From: Macrostomum lignano
Lineage: Eukaryota
Length of the DNA stretch: 64,000 nucleotides
Assembly (NCBI GenBank): GCA_002269645.1
Contig: NIVC01001558.1
Location: 186,001 to 250,000, forward strand
Direction: 5' to 3'
Shown: piece after piece, positions 60,901 to 64,000 of the stretch
Position numbering within the stretch: position 1 is the stretch's first letter
Layout of the letters: every line of letters starts with the position of its first letter
Translations under genes and position numbers: made by a program
Notes under the pieces: model-generated
Database searches by the model: none
The model's input: the letters and a program-made list of their open reading frames with translations, nothing else
Told to the model about the DNA's origin: nothing

Positions 60901-61262
60901 CTGGTCCTGAGGTGAAACTGGCCATTCCCATCTGGTCCTGAGGTGAAACTGACCATTCCCATCTGGTCCTGAGGTGAAGCTACCGTTCCTTTCTGGTCCT
61001 GAGGTTCCATTCTGTATTGTAAAACAAATCATCGCGTGTGATAGGATTGCTTGATTTTGATAAACATCGGCCTGACATGTCAGCTGATTATTGCCAAAAC
61101 CAATGCAGCCTACAGAAAGAACCGGAGAGGCGGCCCAGCCCAGTGTCTATAGTTGGCATGCGGTTCTACACTCTGTACTCTGGCGACCAGCGCGACCCGC
61201 TGTCTCGCTGGCTGCGGTCCAAGCAGTCTGAAATGCTGCGAGCTGCTGCCGCTGCTTCTTGA
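54988..61262 (+). CDS. MAP2K5: Dual-specificity MAP kinase kinase 5 (PB1 + kinase). Exons 54988-55115, 55699-55936, 57803-58151, 58718-59123, 61109-61262
   Basis: PB1 OPCA motif CEDEDGDLVTVRDDNDL; IGRGQFG, VAIK, HRDVKTAN, DFGLA, activation loop SSIALSYCGTSAYMSPER, CLQKEPERRP. Splice phases are consistent. Confidence 0.9.
55190..55630 (+). mobile_element. Composite: SINE B body with SINE A (about 55282-55552) nested inside (MAP2K5 intron 1)
   Basis: Break after gagtgcgtgccct; B resumes at gagcgtgtgcatgagtgcgtgcctgcgtacagtatt. Confidence 0.7.
55949..57578. repeat. 44-bp minisatellite (caagttaaaacaagctgtaggaagcgctgttagattctcatttt), about 37 units, MAP2K5 intron 2
   Basis: Near-perfect tandem repeat. 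Confidence 0.97.
58167..58660. repeat. 21-bp minisatellite (ccacaactgacagtccccatt), MAP2K5 intron 3
   Basis: Direct tandem repeat. Confidence 0.95.
59207..60235. repeat. 30-bp minisatellite (gtgccactcccgccttggtcctcaggagaa), MAP2K5 intron 4
   Basis: Direct tandem repeat. Confidence 0.95.
60236..61005. repeat. 31-bp minisatellite (ggtgaaactggccattcccatctggtcctga), related to the preceding 30-mer
   Basis: Direct tandem repeat; shares gccattccc and tggtcct.agg with the 30-mer. Confidence 0.95.
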
Positions 61263-61997
61263 AAACTTTGTTTGTTAATAGCGACTTCGCGTGTACGAGC
61301 AAAATTCGTTTTCTAATTTGTAATTTGCTTTTGCGTTTGCCGATTCTAAACCTTTTGGCTGCTAATTAGTGAATTGCTCTATTCATTCTCCTGATGATGT
61401 CGGTATTTGCTCAGATTTGCTATTTATTAGTAATACCTCTACTGAATAGTATTTCACTGCGCTGTATATGCAAACATTCCATTTATACTGAGCTAATGTT
61501 GGCTTCTTATAATAACCATGCTAATCAGCGTTTTTCTGTGCTGATCTGTATAAAGTTTGCTCAAAAGTCAAGCTCAAAAATTCCCAGAAATTATGGCGTC
61601 AAGCATTCCGAAGTTCGATAATGCGACTTTTTTTATCAAATGGCGCGATGAAAGGAAAGGCAGGTGAAAGTTGGAGCTGAATGAAATTTACCGTGTGAGA
61701 AAATCTGTAGCTGGGAAGAGATAGATATCTGTTTCGTTTAGACCTGTACCTTACCTTGCTTTTTCTGTTCAGTTTGCCGTGTCAAATATAAATATAAGAG
61801 TATATACATTCCTTGTACTTCTCGATTCGTTGCTTTGTCATTATTTTAACTCGTGTACATGCACTTAATATGTACTTTACTGAGTCGAAATGCAAGTTCT
61901 AATGTTGAGTTTATTATCGCATTAGTGAGAGAATTTATTATCTACTAAGACAATTGCATGTATACACACGTGTAATTCGACTATTATTAAATCTAGC

Positions 61998-62011
61998 GTT
62001 TCCATGGTAAC
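61998..62011 (+). promoter_or_regulatory. RFX X-box GTTTCCATGGTAAC
   Basis: Exact fit to the 14-bp consensus GTHNYY-AT-RRNAAC, 122 nt upstream of the ANKS3-like ATG. Confidence 0.75.
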
Positions 62012-62107
62012 CATAAGAAGCATTCTGACCATTCCGCAGCCGGGGCCAGCGCTGCAAAGCTCGGCCAATTCCGACTCGGGAATTGGGGGCTGCGGAGGGA
62101 CGGCCAG

Positions 62108-62117
62108 GTCACGTGAC
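62108..62117. promoter_or_regulatory. Palindromic E-box GTCACGTGAC (CLEAR/USF type)
   Basis: Perfect 10-bp palindrome ending 16 nt before ATG 62133; function unproven. Confidence 0.4.
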
Positions 62118-62132
62118 ACTGCCACATCCAGG

Positions 62133-64000
62133 ATGCAGGACGGACAGCAGCCGCCGTACTGGACGGTGGAGAACGAAGTCTGCCTCAGCGAGCCAATGGA
62201 CGCCTGCACCGCTGCCAGCTTGGGTGATTGTGAGTATCTAGACCAGGCCGTGACGGATGGCCGGCTGCCTGCGGCCGCTCTGGGCAAAGCGAACAGAAGC
62301 GGCTGGACTCCTCTGATGTACGCAGCTTACTTGGGTCACGACAGTCTGGTGAGTGTGACTCCCTTTTATGAATCGTGGCTAAAGGTTCAAAGCTCCATCA
62401 GAGAGACTCATTGGGATTTAGGGATTTATTGGGATTACAAGCCGTAGGCCCAAAGGCAAAGGGATTCTTTTTTTCTAGAAATTCCTTTTGCGCGGCACAT
62501 CGAGGGCTGCGTACGGCTGTTCAGTCCAAGGACTGGGGGTCGCCACACACACCCTCAATTACCCCAGCTAATACTGACACCCATTTTACAGCTGGGGGTG
62601 AACTGAAGCAATGCAGAGTTAAGTGTCTTGCTCAAGGACGCAAATTGTTCCAGTGGGATCGGGAATCGAACCCCGGCCTTTCAGTCGTGAGTCCGACGCT
62701 CTAATCACTAGGCTACAACCCTTAATGCAATGTATATATCAATGTAACAGTTATACCCTCCAGAGCACTGTGGCCTTGACTTTCTCATTGCCAGGCATGT
62801 ATAAACTGTGCCATGAAGGTTAGCTCTCGAGCTTCCATGCTTAAAAAAAGTCAGTTGTATATTAGAAGATTCTCAGATATTCCCTATGCCCAACTTTCGC
62901 ATTAAAGGTGAAGCTGCTGCTAGAAAAGTACGGCACTCATGTGGGCGACACCGCGGACAAACGGCGGCGCACAGCTCTGATGCTGGCCTGCAGCTGCGGT
63001 CATCGAAGCGCTGTGACTATTTTAGCAACCGCTTCCTACTCCGGCCCAGATCCCGACCCGATAGATTCAGACGGGCACAATGCCGCCATGCACTGCGTTC
63101 TGTTTGGCCAGCGCGACTGCTTGGAGGACCTGCTGCTGTGCTGGCAGCGGAAGCGCTCGCTGTGCGGATTGCTGCATCTGCGCCAGGCTGTACTGGGCGG
63201 GCACACGGCCACCACGCAGCTACTGTTGGAGAAGCTGTTCTGCGGTGAACTGTTAGAATTAGCCGGCTTTTCAATCAATCAGCAGCCGGCCAGCATTGAA
63301 GCCGTGTTTTCTGAGCTGAAGCTGAACAAATATGCTCACCTGTTTGAGGGAATGCCGATGCAAGACTTTCTGCAGCTTACGGAAGAGCAGGTTATTAATG
63401 CTTGTTAACTGGTCTTTTGATGAAGCGTCACTTCTCCCGGTTCAAAGGATAGAGCGATATTTTCCTCGGGTCGTTTGATTTAGCACCGCTACCTCTCATG
63501 GATCCTTTAATGTAACGCCGCTACCCCTATCCCGGATCCTTTGATGTAACGCCGCTACCCCTATCCCGGATCCTTTGATATAGCGCCGCTACCCCTATCC
63601 CGGATCCTTTGATGTAGCCTACCCCTATCCCGGATCCTTTGATGTAGTGCCACCACCCCTATCCGGGATCCTTTGATGTAGTGCCACCACCCCTATCCGG
63701 GATCCTTTGATGTAGTGCCGCTAGCCATATTTTCGATGCCACTGTCGCATCGAGTTTACTTTCCATGAACGTCTGTTTCTAATGGGATGAAATAGATTCT
63801 ATGCGAGACTCTGAAACAATGAGAATTTAAATTTGTTTATTTCCAACTCCCTCACAGATAGTGGCTAGAGGCCTGACGCTAATCGGGCCCAAGCGTAAAC
63901 TAGTGAACCATCTTACCCAGCTGAGGGCCAATCAGCCCGCGCCTACACCGGCTGTTGAGGCTGAGCAACCGCAACCGCGCCAAGCGTCAAGCGCTGACAG
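62133..64000 (+). CDS. ANKS3: Ankyrin-repeat + SAM protein, ANKS3-like. Exons 62133-62348, 62908-63390, 63858 to beyond the window
   Basis: PMDACTAASLG, GWTPLMYAAYLGHDSLV|KLLLE, TALMLACSCG; SAM LKLNKYAHLFE..FLQLTEEQ|IVARGLTLIGPKRKL. The start codon is inferred. Confidence 0.85.
62480..62722 (-). mobile_element. CORE-type SINE family A (ANKS3 intron 1) with a variant 3' end
   Basis: The reverse complement has the A box (TAGCCTAGTGA), B box GGTTCGATTCC, CORE and body up to gccgcgcaa. Confidence 0.85.
63499..63722. repeat. About 34-bp minisatellite (ggatcctttgatgtaacgccgctacccctatccc), about 6-7 units, ANKS3 intron 2
   Basis: Direct tandem repeat. Confidence 0.85.

Noticed and set aside
59117-61010. 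Many overlapping ORFs of 110-320 aa
   Set aside because: They are translations of the 30- and 31-bp intronic arrays.
62004-62132. Upstream ATG 62004 as the ANKS3 start
   Set aside because: It is the central ATG of the X-box, and homology begins only after Met 62133. It is not strictly excluded.

Overview
Intron-rich, repeat-rich animal genomic DNA in the standard code. Codon style, SINEs and intronic minisatellites suggest an invertebrate, possibly a free-living flatworm such as Macrostomum; that is inference, not proof. Five spliced genes can be reconstructed by hand. (1) The first coding exon of a protocadherin (-, 3515-3831). (2) An NDR/STK38-tricornered kinase (-, 17826-20503) with a GC-AG intron and a probable distal exon at 35455-35628. 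(3) A BTBD1/2 BTB-BACK-PHR gene (+, 47932-52936). (4) MAP2K5/MEK5 (+, 54988-61262). (5) An ANKS3-like ankyrin-SAM gene (+, 62133 to the window end) preceded by a perfect RFX X-box. Mobile DNA includes a young, full-length LINE (26868-31718; APE-RT-RNase H-CCHC) with a 14-bp TSD, TAATG stop-start coupling and one homopolymer frameshift. There are two tRNA-derived SINE families, one carrying a MIR-like CORE domain and twice nested in the other at the same motif. There are also hAT and other MITEs, and an AT-rich, CpG-depleted block (about 40.3-47.8 kb) holding a decayed P-superfamily/THAP transposase interrupted by a decayed mariner. About ten minisatellite arrays explain most of the long repetitive ORFs in the track. 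I found no single confidently new system; the best leads are in findings. All coordinates and alignments were done by eye, and family motifs are recalled from memory.
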